Below, piece by piece: positions 1-13,398 of a stretch of 64,000 nt of DNA. Each line of letters opens with the position of its first letter. Within the stretch, counting starts at the first letter, position 1. The notes under the pieces are model-generated. The model ran no database searches. It worked only from the letters and a program-made list of their open reading frames with translations, and was not told the DNA's origin. Where the stretch lies: assembly GCA_012295275.1 (NCBI GenBank), contig CM022672.1:5084001-5148000 (forward strand), read 5' to 3'. Source of the DNA: Chrysomallon squamiferum. Lineage: Eukaryota > Animalia > Mollusca. Both the position numbers and the translations under genes were made by a program.

Positions 1-15
1 ACTTATTATAATTAT

Positions 16-215
16 ACTTCCGCCATACAGGTTTCTTATTAACCTTATTTGGATCGTTATTTCATGTTTTGACGGAAGTCTCTTCTTCTTTGTCGCAAAC
101 CTTGACATAAAAACTGGCAGCATCCTTGCACTCGCTAAGCGACACAGATAGATAAATTTGGCTAGTTACAGCAAAACCACGAAACACACACGACGAATTG
201 GCTGGTGACGTAAGG
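16..215. promoter_or_regulatory. Possible promoter-proximal motif cluster of a gene lying off the left edge
   Basis: ETS/YY1 composite ACTTCCGCCAT at 16-26, a second ETS core CGGAAGT at 73-79, a CRE-like TGACGTAA near 206, and locally elevated CpG. Confidence 0.25.
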
Positions 216-944
216 TAACGTATAAAACCAATTCGCTCACTTTGTGTGCACTTTAAAGAAGAAATCTGATGTTTTCTTCATTACGTAAAAGGTTTCTAAA
301 TACTTCATCCCGTCTGTCTTACTGACAGATGGCTGCAAGCTGTGACGGAAGAAAAATCTTTGACATTTGGTTTATTATTTTTGTTTTTCGATGACCTCAA
401 ATTTCTGTATGTTAAAATTATATAGACTAGATTCAAAAAAAAAAAAAAAAAAAAAAAAATTCGTATAATGGTAACTTCGTTCTGGAAATTCAAACTCGGT
501 AAAATATGTTTTCCAAAAAGCAGCCAAATACCTTCCGTTAGAGCGCTTGAATTCGAAATAACACTTTAGTCATGCGTCGAAAAAATATAATTTTATCATT
601 ACTAGGGAACTTTTTTTTTTTTTGTCAAACAAAAATGCATCTTAATAGATTTCTAAGATGAACATATCCCTGTAAAAACATTCCAGCCATTAAACAAAAA
701 TTTAGAAACAAGTTAATCCTTTAAAACAATAACTTAATGTAACCTGAAGTACTGACACTGAAAAAACGATCCCATAGTCTTTTCTCACAAGATTCAGGGA
801 CCAGTCGTTTACACATACCCATTCTTCTGTTAATCTCGGATCAGGTGCTTCGCTATAAGCAGAGTTATCTACATTTGAAACTGTAACCGTGACGCCTCTT
901 TTCAAAAACTATTTCCGATTTAATATAACTTGTACGATTTAATA

Positions 945-1010
945 CAAACATGCATACATACATGCACGTATATACGTACAAAACATGTACATGATTATAT
1001 GCATACACAC

Positions 1011-1057
<47 letters not shown>

Positions 1058-1190
1058 TACATACATACATACATACAGACAGGTATATCGTACAAAAAGA
1101 AGAATGTACACATGCATATATTCATGAATATATGCATACATACACACACACATACATAAATACATACATACATACAGACATACAGACAGG
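945..1190. repeat. (CA)n/(CATA)n compound microsatellite
   Basis: Directly visible; the source of spurious HTHT/VCMY ORFs. Confidence 0.95.
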
Positions 1191-3756
1191 TCGAAAGAAG
1201 AATGTACGAGCGGACGAAATGATAGAAATACAAACATTATGTTTTCGGCGAGACAAATAATGGAAAAGATGCAATGAAAGCGTCAGTCAGTGTTGATTAG
1301 CCAGCGCGAGGGTTTGACACGTTAGAAGTAATTCTAGCAGAATAAAACAGGGATGAGCAGACAGCAATTAGTGTTCGCCTGGCCTACTGTCTTACATAGA
1401 TCACACGTGAACGTAGTGAAGTATGAAAAACGTTTCATCTCCTAATTAATCTTATAAACTGGCACCGCATTTGTTCTTTATTATATCCACATACGTCTTT
1501 CTTTCATTCTTTGTTAAAGTTAGTATTATCTGAAAGCATCTAAAATATATATTTTTTTTACCATACAAAGTAAAGTATCTGAAACAGTTTATCAACTGTC
1601 TTCCCTGAATAGTGAACATGAAAACGATACTAAATGATGATAAAATGATGATTATAGCGTGATGATGATGATGATGATGATGAAAGAAAAGCAATACGTT
1701 TTGAATTTAAGCGTTTCTCGATTATTTTAATAACGGATTAAAATTCGACTACAAAAACACAGTGTATGACTTATCTTGATGATGTGTAACTTCAACACCT
1801 TTCTGAGAATACAGATATGAATAATTAACCAAATCGTTGTTAACAAACTGGATAAGAATAAGATACAGCAGCATCGTTAAAGCCCTGAAGATTCGACTTT
1901 TCTGTGTACGTTGTGAGTTAAAGCGCGTGAGATGATGAGTTGTAATCTGGTTAGCAAACAAAATGGTACTGAGAAAAAAATGGCAACAGCTAAAAAAAAA
2001 AAAAAAAAAAAAAAAATATATTTTACTTACGTAACTCCAAAAGATCGCAACGGCAAAAATATTTTACTTACCTGAATCCACTTCTCTACTTATTCCAACG
2101 ATCAGATTAAAATGAATTTTCTGATTTTCATTTCTGTAACTTATTTTTCGTATTCAGAAATATAAAATAACCATTAAAGAATATGTGAATCCTACTTTGA
2201 CAACGTTAACGTCAGTTTTGATGCCGGTAACCAATTGTTTCTAATCGTTTAATGCTGTTGGCTAAATTAATTTACGTCAAAGCCTCTTCACCGGCCTTGA
2301 ATGATTGTGTTTATTTGTGTGACTGTTTTTGTTTCTTTCTCCGAATTTCGTATATACGTCAGCAATCAACAATTAAGTACGATAAAGTTTCACAGAACTT
2401 CTACTTAGGCCAAATTTCCCGCCGGCTGACCTCTCTCGAAAATGTGTGGTTCCTGTTAGGCACTGAATGACCTTCACCCTTGTCCAAACAGCGCATGCTC
2501 GCCTTGTGAAAGCAGCGTGGCAGGTTCTAGCCTCTGCGTAACAGCAGACGTAGGGTACCAGTGCAGAGCTTTAGCCAAAAGGTGCTCATTATTCGGGTTT
2601 CCCCGCTGCTGCAGCCTTCACAGAGGACGCTTCCAGCCATGTTTAGCGCAGCCTTTTATCCTTCGTTTGCAAAACTCAGTATCCTCAACAAAGACTTAGT
2701 GCAGCACTGCAATGAGTACCTAAAGGAAAGACCCAATTACCGTGTCAGCATCACAGTGCTTCAGTTTGAATTTCTTTCCTGTTTGTGATCACTTTTTCGG
2801 TTTTTGCTTAGCATGCGAAACTGTTTTTGAAATCAGCGAGGACGTTATAAAAAGACGTGTTGACAAGCTTGTTTTGCTTTGATGATTGTGTTATAAAAAG
2901 ACTTGTTTACCAAAATGGCGAGTATTTTTGGCAGGCGTGAATTTTTTTTTTTTCTTTTTCAAACATTACCAAAGATGTACAGTTGTTTGTTTGTTTTTTT
3001 GTTTTTTGTTGTTGTTGTTGTTTTGTTGTTTTTAGGAAATACAATTAGCCAGTTTTAACATACCTTTCTCTTTCCTGTGAAGAAGATCGAAAGAACACAT
3101 TTTATGAATATCGACATACATGAACTCAAGCACAAAATAATAAAACTATCAGTTATATTTCAAATGATAAAAAATAAAAATAAAAAGATAATAATAATAA
3201 TAAATGTTGAACAGAGTTTTCATGAATATAATTATGGCGTAATTTCACGTAGTAAACAAACAGAATTAAAGAAAGAAAGAAAAATAAAATAAAAATATTT
3301 TGAATAAACATTGAAGCGTTTTAATTTCGTTTTTGACAAAGACAATAACGGGGGAAACTTTTGGTGAATTTACATATTTTATTTATGTTTAACTGTAAAG
3401 GAACGAAAATGAATATGCTATCGGAACATAAATAAAAAGAAAGTATTTTTTATTGTAAGAGTAGTAAAATACGAACGCGTGTGTGTATGTGCGTATGTGT
3501 GTTGGCTTTAATTTTTTTGTTGTGGGGAGTATTCTATATCGTATAATATGGAATTTTTTATTTTTTATTTTTTTTATTTATTTATTATTAATTTTTTTTA
3601 TTTATTCTTGCTCTCATTATTTCAAGTATTTCTCACTTGTTTTTGTTTTATTTTTTTCTAATTAATTTATTTCATTTATTAACTTCAGGGTTATTATTTG
3701 TTGGTTTTTATGTTGTTTTTTACTTGCTTTTTATTTTTTCTTAATTATTATTATTA

Positions 3757-3791
<35 letters not shown>

Positions 3792-4729
3792 TGTTTTTGT
3801 ATTTCTATTTATTATTGTATTTATTTATGTATTTTTATTTTTATTTTATTTTTATTTTTTTTTTCCTGATGAGCAGTGACATTTTTGTTGTCACTATGGA
3901 AGATTACAGTTTCAGTTTTACACGATGAAACATTCAAGACACTTTTTACCAAAATTTACGGACATGATAATCATACATATCTTGCATCATAGCAGAACAA
4001 AAATAAACCTTTCGATTTTTTTTTAAATCTATGAAAGAAGAAGCGTTTACCTTATTACTGAACAATAACCGTCAGGTTCAAAATCGTTTCCATGGCGTCA
4101 CCGCCGTTTTTCATCCCGTGCTGTTTAACGATTTTAATTAAGTTTTCTTCAGTCGTCTAATTTAGAATTCACCGATCTTAAACAATGCGACGGGACTCAC
4201 GTAGTGCTGTACTGGCTTAGAAATCATAAAAATTCATCATCGTAATCGTTTTACTATGAATATAGTATTTTTGTTAATTAAATTCTATTTCCGTAGCGTG
4301 CAGAAACGAACGCTCTGGATATAAATTACGATTTTAGAAAGAATACAACCATTTTGTGACCGCTGCTGATCAGTTTAATAGATAAATGGAGAAATGTACC
4401 AGTACTTGCTATGCAGTCTGTATCTGATTAAATCGTAGAACAAATTAGGCGATTTCAAGCTAGGTTTTTGGTATAATTTTTTTTTTTTTTTTTTTTTTTT
4501 TTTTCCCCTATAATGTTTATTATGTGTTTCGTAATAAGTTAGTTTTCATTGCGTAAGTTGTATTTCTCAGTCTGGATTATGACTAGATTCAGTAGACTGT
4601 TTAAAAAAAAAAAAAAACATAAAAGGCTCTAACACAAATATCTGAAAAATCTACTGAATCCAATCATAATCCAGATTCAAAAGAAGTTTCCGTAAAATGT
4701 ATAAATATGTGTTTAAGTCTGCAAACTCA

Positions 4730-4804
4730 CGCGCACACACATATACACATAAACGTAATTTATACACACATACACACACATGTATATGCGCTTGTGCATG
4801 ATAA

Positions 4805-4859
<55 letters not shown>

Positions 4860-4878
4860 GTGTATGTATGTGTATATG

Positions 4879-4909
<31 letters not shown>

Positions 4910-4990
4910 GTGTATGTGTGTGTATATATATATATATATATAGTGTTCAATGCGTCATTAAATTATTATTATTATTATTATTATTATTCT
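4730..4990. repeat. (TA)n/(TATG)n/(ATT)n compound microsatellite
   Basis: Directly visible. Confidence 0.95.
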
Positions 4991-6919
4991 ACTGTTGTTG
5001 TTATTTAATTTCAAGTCAAACATAAAAATTGCATGGAACATCAGATCAGGAATATATACATTATATTTTTAATTTAAGGTAAAATCTTAATGATTAACAA
5101 TTAAGAATATTCTCAACCTAGGTTACAGTGTAAACTGACATTATTTTCTGACTAACCACAGCCTACTTGAACATGCCTGCAAAAATCAATAGCATGCATT
5201 TACTTTGATTACATAAGGTATAAGCAAAATGTATATAACCAAAAGTACATTCGTATAATAGATAAAACAAATATTCTCAGATCAGTTTAACCAATCTGTG
5301 TTTTCTGCATTTGACACTTCTCCAAAAAGTTTCCTATACAAACAAATACATAGTTAATAACCTATCTTACTGAGAGAATTGTATTTCATTTAAATGTAAG
5401 CAAAATCTTGTGTAAAAACTGATTATCTGCTTATAATCCCTGTGTAGACACAGGAGGTAATATAATACAGACGTAACAGAATCTGCTGTCTTTGTAACAT
5501 GAACGTAGTTTGTCCTTTCTAAGTAGCAGATACTTAAATTCTTATTTTTACACGTTTCATCGTACATAAACCACGATTTTTCACATCAGTACACCTATCA
5601 CTGTCCACCAACAACATGTCTCAGCTAACAAATTACGTACTGTTTTAATTAAACACAGAACAGATAATAGTTAATGGGAATAGTTTAAATATCTTTGAAC
5701 TGTTGGGTTCTATGTGTATGTATCTCTTTGTAGGCATGAGTCAGTGCCCGCTTTGTTGTTGTTATTTATTTTATGTTTCTTATTATGTATATATATATAT
5801 ATGCTATAAACTGTTTGTTATTTTGTAAATAAAGAAAAAGCTCTTAAAACGTGCCTGTTGGTCAAATCATCACAAACGAACAAAAACGAAAGATAAAAGA
5901 CTAAAACAAAAACATAGTTGTTTATGATCATCGACCTTATGTCTGAATTTAGATAGCGTCTTTATACCGGATTCAACCTACAGTTAGTTGTTAAAATCTA
6001 AAAAAAACCCAAAAACCTTCGTTTTTCATAATCTGTTATAATAAAAATTATTATTACAAAACTGACTGCATATGAGAACAGCCATAATCAACATTTCTTG
6101 ACTGCCTTTCCATAACAAACATGCTTAAACATTTAACAGGATATGAACATGATTGAATGACTGACTTACTGACTGACACGTTTAAACTTGTCTCATGAAG
6201 TTAAACACTTGCAAACAAGACTGACGGACGGATGAACACGATTTCAACTGTGAGTAATGGGGTAACTGAAACAGGGAACACGTAATCACATCATTCTAAT
6301 AAAAGACCAAAAATGGAATATTCTCAGTAACATTATTCAATAATAGTAACACTTAGGAAATTCCATAGGCTTCGTTCATTTAATTATGATCGTATCGAAG
6401 CCCGAGAAGGAGATATTTTCCGGGACGCTAAAAGCTCTCAAAACGTGACTGTTGAATACAAAATAGACACGGGATAGGCACATTGGCCTTGCAATTAGGT
6501 TAATATTATATGTGGGTATCGGTCGCATTATTATTAATATTGTCACAAAAAAAAAAAAAAAAAAACGCCGGGCCCGTATCAGACCTCTGAAAAGAGAAGG
6601 TTTTGCGCTAAACTGAAAGCACGAAACCAACCAAATCGGACATCAGTGACTGGTCACAAAGTAAAATGCAATACATGTTTGTGTGTGTTTGTGTGCATGT
6701 GATGAGAAAGAGAGATGAAAAATAGAAAGAAAGAAAATATAATTATTTAATAATTTTTATATATCGAAACCTATTTCTGTGTGTTTGCAAACATTATAAC
6801 TACTCTTTTTTTTATATACTCATAATTTATGTCTAAAGCGGGTACACTAGCAGTGATTTTCTATAAAGTATATAAATCTTAGAAAGCATCCTATATGACT
6901 TATTTTATAAGCTTTTTAT

Positions 6920-7305
6920 ATCTTACATAGTAAAGTATTAGACCTATTTTCTTACAATATTATGTATATTAGCGTAGGTCTTACAAAGTAAAGTATATGA
7001 CCTTTCTTCCTACAAAGTAACATATTCCTTACAATGTAATGTATATTAACGTACATCTTACAAAGTAAAGTATATTACCTTACATCTTACAAAGTAACGT
7101 ATTCCTTACAATGTAACGTATATTAACGTAGATCGTATAAGGTAAAGTATATGACCTTATATCTTACAAAGTAACGTATTCCTTACAATGTAATGTATAT
7201 TAGCGTAGATCGTACAAGTCAAGGTATATATGTTACACCTTACAAAGTAATGTATTCCTTGCAATATAACGTATATTAACGTAGATCTTACGAAGTAACG
7301 TATTC
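6920..7305. repeat. Higher-order minisatellite, 77-bp period built from 19+29+29-bp subunits
   Basis: Subunit CTTACAATGTAA.GTATATT starts at 7028, 7105, 7182 and 7258. All subunits begin with CTTACAAWGTAA. Confidence 0.9.
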
Positions 7306-7794
7306 GTGATCTTTATACAGGAATTTCTCGGAGGAAATTATTCTTACTCTGCACGGACTCAGCCTTTGGTTTCATAACAAAATGACGTTCATTTGAGTGA
7401 TATCTGTTTTGTTAAAGATTTCTTTCTTGTATTGATTTCTTTCATCTTCACCCTCAGGTTAGTACGGTAATCTGTGTCACACAGGACAAGACGTTCGTGT
7501 GATTGTTAAATCTATTGCAACTTCAAACGTACATGCCTAGATAAGTAAATGTACGCATACACTTACTGACGTAATTACACGCTTATACGCGCATATACAA
7601 ATAAAAACTCATAAACATATATACATACAAAAACATACATACATACGAACATACATACATTCGAACATACATACATACATACATACATATATACATACAT
7701 ATGGTTATCCTTTACTTTTCACTTTTGACTTCATTATCATTATTATAATCATGATACTCATAATCACCGCAACCATAATGGAATATTAATCATT

Positions 7795-7995
7795 ACTATT
7801 ATTATTAGCAGTAGTAGTGGTAGTAGTAATAACAGTAATAGTAATAATAGTAGTAATAGTCATAGTAGCAATTGCAGTAATAGTAGCAGCAACAGCAACA
7901 ACAGCAGTAACAGCAGCACTAGTAGTGGTAGTTACTGTAGACGTGGCAGTAGCAGAGGCAATAGATGCATTTGTCATAATAGTAGCAATAACGGT
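7795..7995. repeat. Degenerate trinucleotide (AGT/AGC/AAT/AAC) microsatellite
   Basis: Directly visible; gives stop-free Thr/Ala and Val/Ile ORFs. Confidence 0.9.
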
Positions 7996-8419
7996 AATTC
8001 TGTTTAATTCTTAACACTCCGTTTAGCCATTACCAGGAAGCAAGTATATCAAGAAACCTGAGTATATCTACACCGGCAGTGGCCTTCTTAATGAAGGTTA
8101 ATCAGGAGCTAGAGAATCGGCGCTGTTGATTATGATGAAGCGTTATTCGTGAGCAAATATAAGCTATAAACAAAGTGTTGACTACTCAGGTTATTCGATC
8201 ACTCTGTATCCTACAGTGTCTTACTGTGGGTCACTGTGTCCTGTTCTTTTATGACTCGACACAAATTGAATTTGTGTCCTGCCTCAAATTTAGAAACACT
8301 GCTTCCTCTTTAGGACATAATTGAATTCGTGTACTCCCGTTTACGGTCGAAAATCTCAAACACAGAGCGAATATAATTATAATCATTTCACAGAAAAAAA
8401 AAAAACATGACATCCATAG

Positions 8420-8465
<46 letters not shown>

Positions 8466-8499
8466 TATATGTAATTTGTGATTTTGAATATTCTATATG

Positions 8500-8670
8500 T
8501 TATGGACGTCTGAATAGACTCTGCACATAGACAATATTCGGGAATACACTGGTGCAGGAGGACAAAGTCCAATCACGACATCACAAACCCGTCAGATGCC
8601 GCTGACGAGACTTGAACGTATGACACCCATTCACCTGCTCTCCGAAGGTGGACGATGTTACAGTGAATGT
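8500..8670 (-). mobile_element. Possible degraded tRNA-derived SINE fragment
   Basis: The minus strand reads GTAACATCGTCCACC...GTTCAAGTCTCGTCAGCGGCA (B-box-like T-loop and acceptor-like end) followed by a GC-richer body. It is flanked by (CA)n/(TATG)n tracts. The A box is poor. Confidence 0.35.
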
Positions 8671-9439
8671 ACATGTATGTATATATATGTGTATATTCAT
8701 GTATGTTTGTATGTGTATATTTATGTATGTTTGTATGAACGGATGTATGTAACTTCAAACAACAAGTATCAAGTAAAGTAGCTATTAAAATATATACACA
8801 CACATATGTACTGTTGATTTGACATTTGATAACCATTAACGCCTTTCATTTGATATATATCTACACACAGAATTATGAAACGAACAAAAACATTTTTAAA
8901 ATGTTATTGTCTCACCCCCCCCCACCCATATAATAATACATTTATATAATTTTCTAATCAAGTCCGTTTCTTTGCGTTGCTTTTTGTTCGATGATGAAAG
9001 TATTGTTGTTTGCTTTTCCAAGAGCTTTTTCGCCGTTAACATTTACTTCTTTTTTTTTATAGCTGGAATTATGACTGCGGCTTTTCAAAGATTAAAACGA
9101 AATTAGTTTCCTTTGCTCGAGGCTTGTGCTTTCTGCTTCGGTGTATTTTGTCTTCGGCAAAACCACTCAACACCGTCAGTACCGAACTCGTTACACTGGT
9201 CTGTGAATTTATCTTGTTTCTTCAGCATGAAGGTGTTGTATAGATATATTCTAATAAAAATGATACAGCATAGCGCGTTGGACAGTGGTTTCGTGTTCAC
9301 CATTAGTGAAAGGAGATTCGGTTTACGTTTTATTTATTCAGTTAGTAAAGCATCTGGTTTACAACTGTATTTTCTGTTTTTATTTCTCACGTCTTTCTTT
9401 TTTCTTTTTTTTTTACACGATTTATCTCTCGATGATATT

Positions 9440-9548
9440 TGTTATTGTTACTATTATATCACTAATAGTAGTAGTTGTTGTTGTTGTTATTTGTTTTGGA
9501 GGTTAATTTTTTTTTTTTTATTATTATTATTTAGTTGTTGTTGTTGTT

Positions 9549-9594
<46 letters not shown>

Positions 9595-9745
9595 TCACAC
9601 ACACACACACACACACTCTCTCTCCTTTATACTGAAAGTATACTATTGCTACTACTGCTATTACTACTAATAATAATGATGATGATGATGATGATGATGA
9701 TGTTAATGATCATGATAATAATGATGGTCATGAAGACGATGACAA
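9440..9745. repeat. Compound microsatellite (GTT)n,(CT)n,(CA)n,(CTA)n,(GAT)n
   Basis: Directly visible. Confidence 0.95.
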
Positions 9746-10688
9746 TATTTAAAAAGAAAAAACAAATCTCTAAATAAAAAGCCTTTTCAAACTGATTTTC
9801 GATATTTATTCTGAGTAACAATGCCTACATAAAGATACGTCTATGACAATATGGAATTCATATTTTGTAATTACACTACACAAATCATAACTAAAGAGTT
9901 GTTACTCTATCAGTGAAATGTAGAATGTGTTCTAACTCTGTCGTGGTTTAGTAAAGTCAGCAAATTTAACATGCACTTTTCGTGAAATTATCAAGTAGAC
10001 TAAATGTGTTTCGTATACTTCCAAAACATTGCTTTACTTTTTTTTTTTATCATTATCATCATCATGTATTTCATTACATTTTTTTTTTTTTTAAATGAAC
10101 CAGCGTATAAGAAATAGAAAACGACGATGACAAAGAAAGAAAGGAAAGAAATGAAAAGAAAAAACATATTTCATAAACTGAAGAAACTACTACTTTGCAA
10201 ATAATTATGTATATAGTGGGGTGTATTTTCAACGCAAGTTGATTTGAACAGCTCTTTTCCAAAACGCTATAAATCCATTTTCATTGTGAGAAAAGCGCTT
10301 TTTTCTTTTCCCTTGAACTATAAAATTTAAAGGAAGTTTAAAGGATCAGGATGAACATGTCAAGCAATATAATTTAAATTCTCCAGTAATGTTTTGATCA
10401 CATAAACAAAGATATTATTATTATATTTATGGGTTGTTTTTTTTTTTTTTTTTTTTTTTCAAAACAACTATAAATTCATAATGCTTTGTTTTTGTGGGTT
10501 TTTTTCTTTCAAAGTCTCTATAGATCAAAAAATGACTTTGGACAAATATCTTGTGGATTTGTTACAATATCCACAGTCCATTCTGCATTGTGTTAGCCAC
10601 AACATATAATCATTTTGATTGTGTCCAACCTCCAAAGTACGACCATCTTCCTAATCCATCCGACTGGACCGTAATTATAACAAAGTAC

Positions 10689-11028
10689 AATACATCCAAA
10701 TGTAATGATAACTGTTAAATTTCAAACATTATATCATATTTATAACTGTGATCTGTAAATTTCGAGTCTAATACATCCAAATGTAATGATAACTGTTAAA
10801 TTTCAAATATTATATTCAATTTATAACTGTGATCTGTAAATTTTAAGTCTAATACATCCAAATGTAATGATAACTGTTAAATTTCAAATATTATATTCAG
10901 TTTATAACTGTGATCTGTAAATTTTAAGTCTAATACATCCAACTTACAGTGATGATTGCTAAATTTGTAATATTATATTTAATTTATAACTGAGATCTGT
11001 AAATTTTAAGTCTAATACATCCAACTTG
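10689..11028. repeat. 81-bp tandem repeat, ~4.2 copies
   Basis: AATACATCCAA recurs at 10689, 10770, 10851, 10932 and 11014 with near-identical intervening sequence. Confidence 0.95.
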
Positions 11029-11309
11029 TAACAGGCTATGCACAGCAATTTACAATAATGTACTCAGTCTGTGAGGTTCAGCCTTTAAATTCAGGATGTC
11101 GAAGAGCGATCTAGGAACTTGCCATCTTGAAAATTCAGTTGTTGGTTGTTGTTGTTTTGGTCGTTTTTTTTTTGGTGTGGTTTTTTTTTTTTTTTTTTTT
11201 TGAGGGTTTTTTTTTATTTTTTATTTGGTGTTTATCACGTTTCGGAAAAGAGCTCTTCAATTACATGCATTATATCAAACATTTACTACAAATGAAACAA
11301 AAAACTAAA

Positions 11310-11356
<47 letters not shown>

Positions 11357-11629
11357 CAAATATACTAAAAATAAAAAAAATATTATTTCTATTTTTATTT
11401 ATTTTAATAATATTATTATTATTAGGAGGAGTAATTTTAATAATAATAACATACTATTCATGCATCTCAGTGTAACTACTAAATAATAAATGAAGATGCG
11501 GTAACTATAATATATAAACAATACGGCAAATCTTTATTCGAAACAAAAGCAATAATAATAGCTAACGTAGGCTTAGGCTAAAATTAATTCCACGAATGTT
11601 TCTATTTTAACAACGGCATAACAGTTCTA

Positions 11630-11671
<42 letters not shown>

Positions 11672-13013
11672 AATAAATAATTTGTTTACAAATATTCTTT
11701 TCTTGTGTAAAAATTATCATATAAATATTGAAATATATATATTTTTTTTCTCTATTTTTACACTAATAATCAATATAAATCTATTTAACACTATTTTCAT
11801 AAACGAATACTGTATATATTTTATGAAACCGATTCTTCAGTTCATCAGTGTAAGAAACAAGGGGAATAACTATGTACAGACAACCAACGCTTTGCAAGCA
11901 TGATTTATTTTTACCTTTGTATGTGACTATATAAATGCTACTTTTCCCTTTTTTAAGAATACAAATGCTATGCATATGAAGCATTTTCGCCCAGCGTAAT
12001 TAGGCATGATGAAGAATTAAGACAAAAATTACAGATTCAACATTTAAAATCGACCAAAAACGATATTTAAAATATGTCACAACCTGAAAACAAACTGAAT
12101 GAAATATCATAAAAAAAAAAAAAAAAAAAAAATAAAAACAATAATAATAATAAAAGAGAAAACAAAACCACAAAAAAAAAAATTAATAAAAAATAGTGAG
12201 AAATCCCACCAAAATAAATAATTAAACATTAACACTTAAATTGGTCTTTTAATTATCTACATGTTCTTAAACTACATTACGTAAAACACGAAAATATTTT
12301 TTAAAAATTTAAATCACATAGTACAATCAATATTAAAAAGTAATATCCACGACTGGGGATATTTTCCTAAGAAACAAGAATATATTACAAGGAGTCAAAA
12401 GACAAGCATAGATAAAAAGTAAAAGCAAAATGATGAGAAAAATAAACATACCTTCCTATAAACTGAAACATATTTTCAAGACAGTATTTGTATTGCCAGA
12501 CAAAACACATACAAAAAGACAACTGTATCTAAATACACAGCTAACAACAAATAAATGGAATGAAATAACAATGATCTCTAAACAAAAACTTAATAGTGAT
12601 ATATATATTACTGTGTACCTTTAACATATGTATTTATATACATAATAAAAGATAAAAAATAATTCACATGGTTTGTGCATTATTATTTAGTTGTAATTAA
12701 TAAAACGTGCATTTTATTATTTCTGGGTTTTTTAATATGAAGATTCCATTTAAGTACATATAAATATGTATACAATATAATCAGCAGTGCTCCTTTGGTA
12801 ATTTATTGCTGAATAAAAAAATAAAATCTGACTAAAATATAAAACAGAAACACTTCTGATCATCAAGTCATTAGTACATACTTTTATTTATCGATTTATT
12901 TATTATTATTATTATTATTGTTATTAGCTATGTTCTGGTTTGTTCAACATAATGTAATGTTACCAAAAAAATAATGATATAACATGTTTCAATTGCACAA
13001 CAGCTATTTTACA

Positions 13014-13398
13014 GAAATCAAACCTAATGCTGGTGTTTAATAATTTAAACAAGAATGGCTCATAATACTAGATCTAAAAGAAACATTGGCAGTTACTTCT
13101 ATCACAATATAACCAGTAATTTTTTTTTTAAAGATTAGGGATTTCTGATTAAATCTGAAAATTTTCAAATCTAACACACATTGCACTTGCTATTGAAATC
13201 AAATCAAATGCCCGTGTTTAATAATTTAAACAAAAATGCCTCATAATACTAGATGTAAAAGGAACATTGGCAGTTGCTTATGTCACAATGTGACCAGTAA
13301 AAAAAAAAAAAAAAAAAAAACAATCAAAAAAATTAGGAAATATGTTTCTGCTTTAAATCTGAAAATTTTAAAATTACACACATATTGCACTTGCTATG
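13014..13398. repeat. Diverged tandem duplication of a ~180-200-bp unit (2 copies)
   Basis: GAAATCAAA...GTGTTTAATAATTTAAACAA..ATG.CTCATAATACTAGAT.TAAAAG.AACATTGGCAGTT...TTAAATCTGAAAATTTT...ATTGCACTTGCTAT occurs at 13014-13194 and again at 13195-13398. Confidence 0.9.

Noticed and set aside
865-1260. Overlapping ORFs of 65-122 aa (HTHT/VCMY-rich)
   Set aside because: Translations of (CA)n/(CATA)n microsatellites; the same applies to the ORFs at 4651-5025, 42072-42287 and 48276-48539.
7786-8014. Thr/Ala-rich mucin- or antifreeze-like ORF and its antisense Val-rich ORF
   Set aside because: Degenerate trinucleotide repeat with no supporting gene structure.
9113-9821. 185-aa ORF and neighbours
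   Set aside because: They run through compound microsatellites (poly-C/SL/HT/M) and show no domain signal.
10689-11028. Regularly spaced repeats as a CRISPR-like array (also 31777-31900)
   Set aside because: The units are wholly repeated with no unique spacers, the context is eukaryotic, and there are no cas genes.
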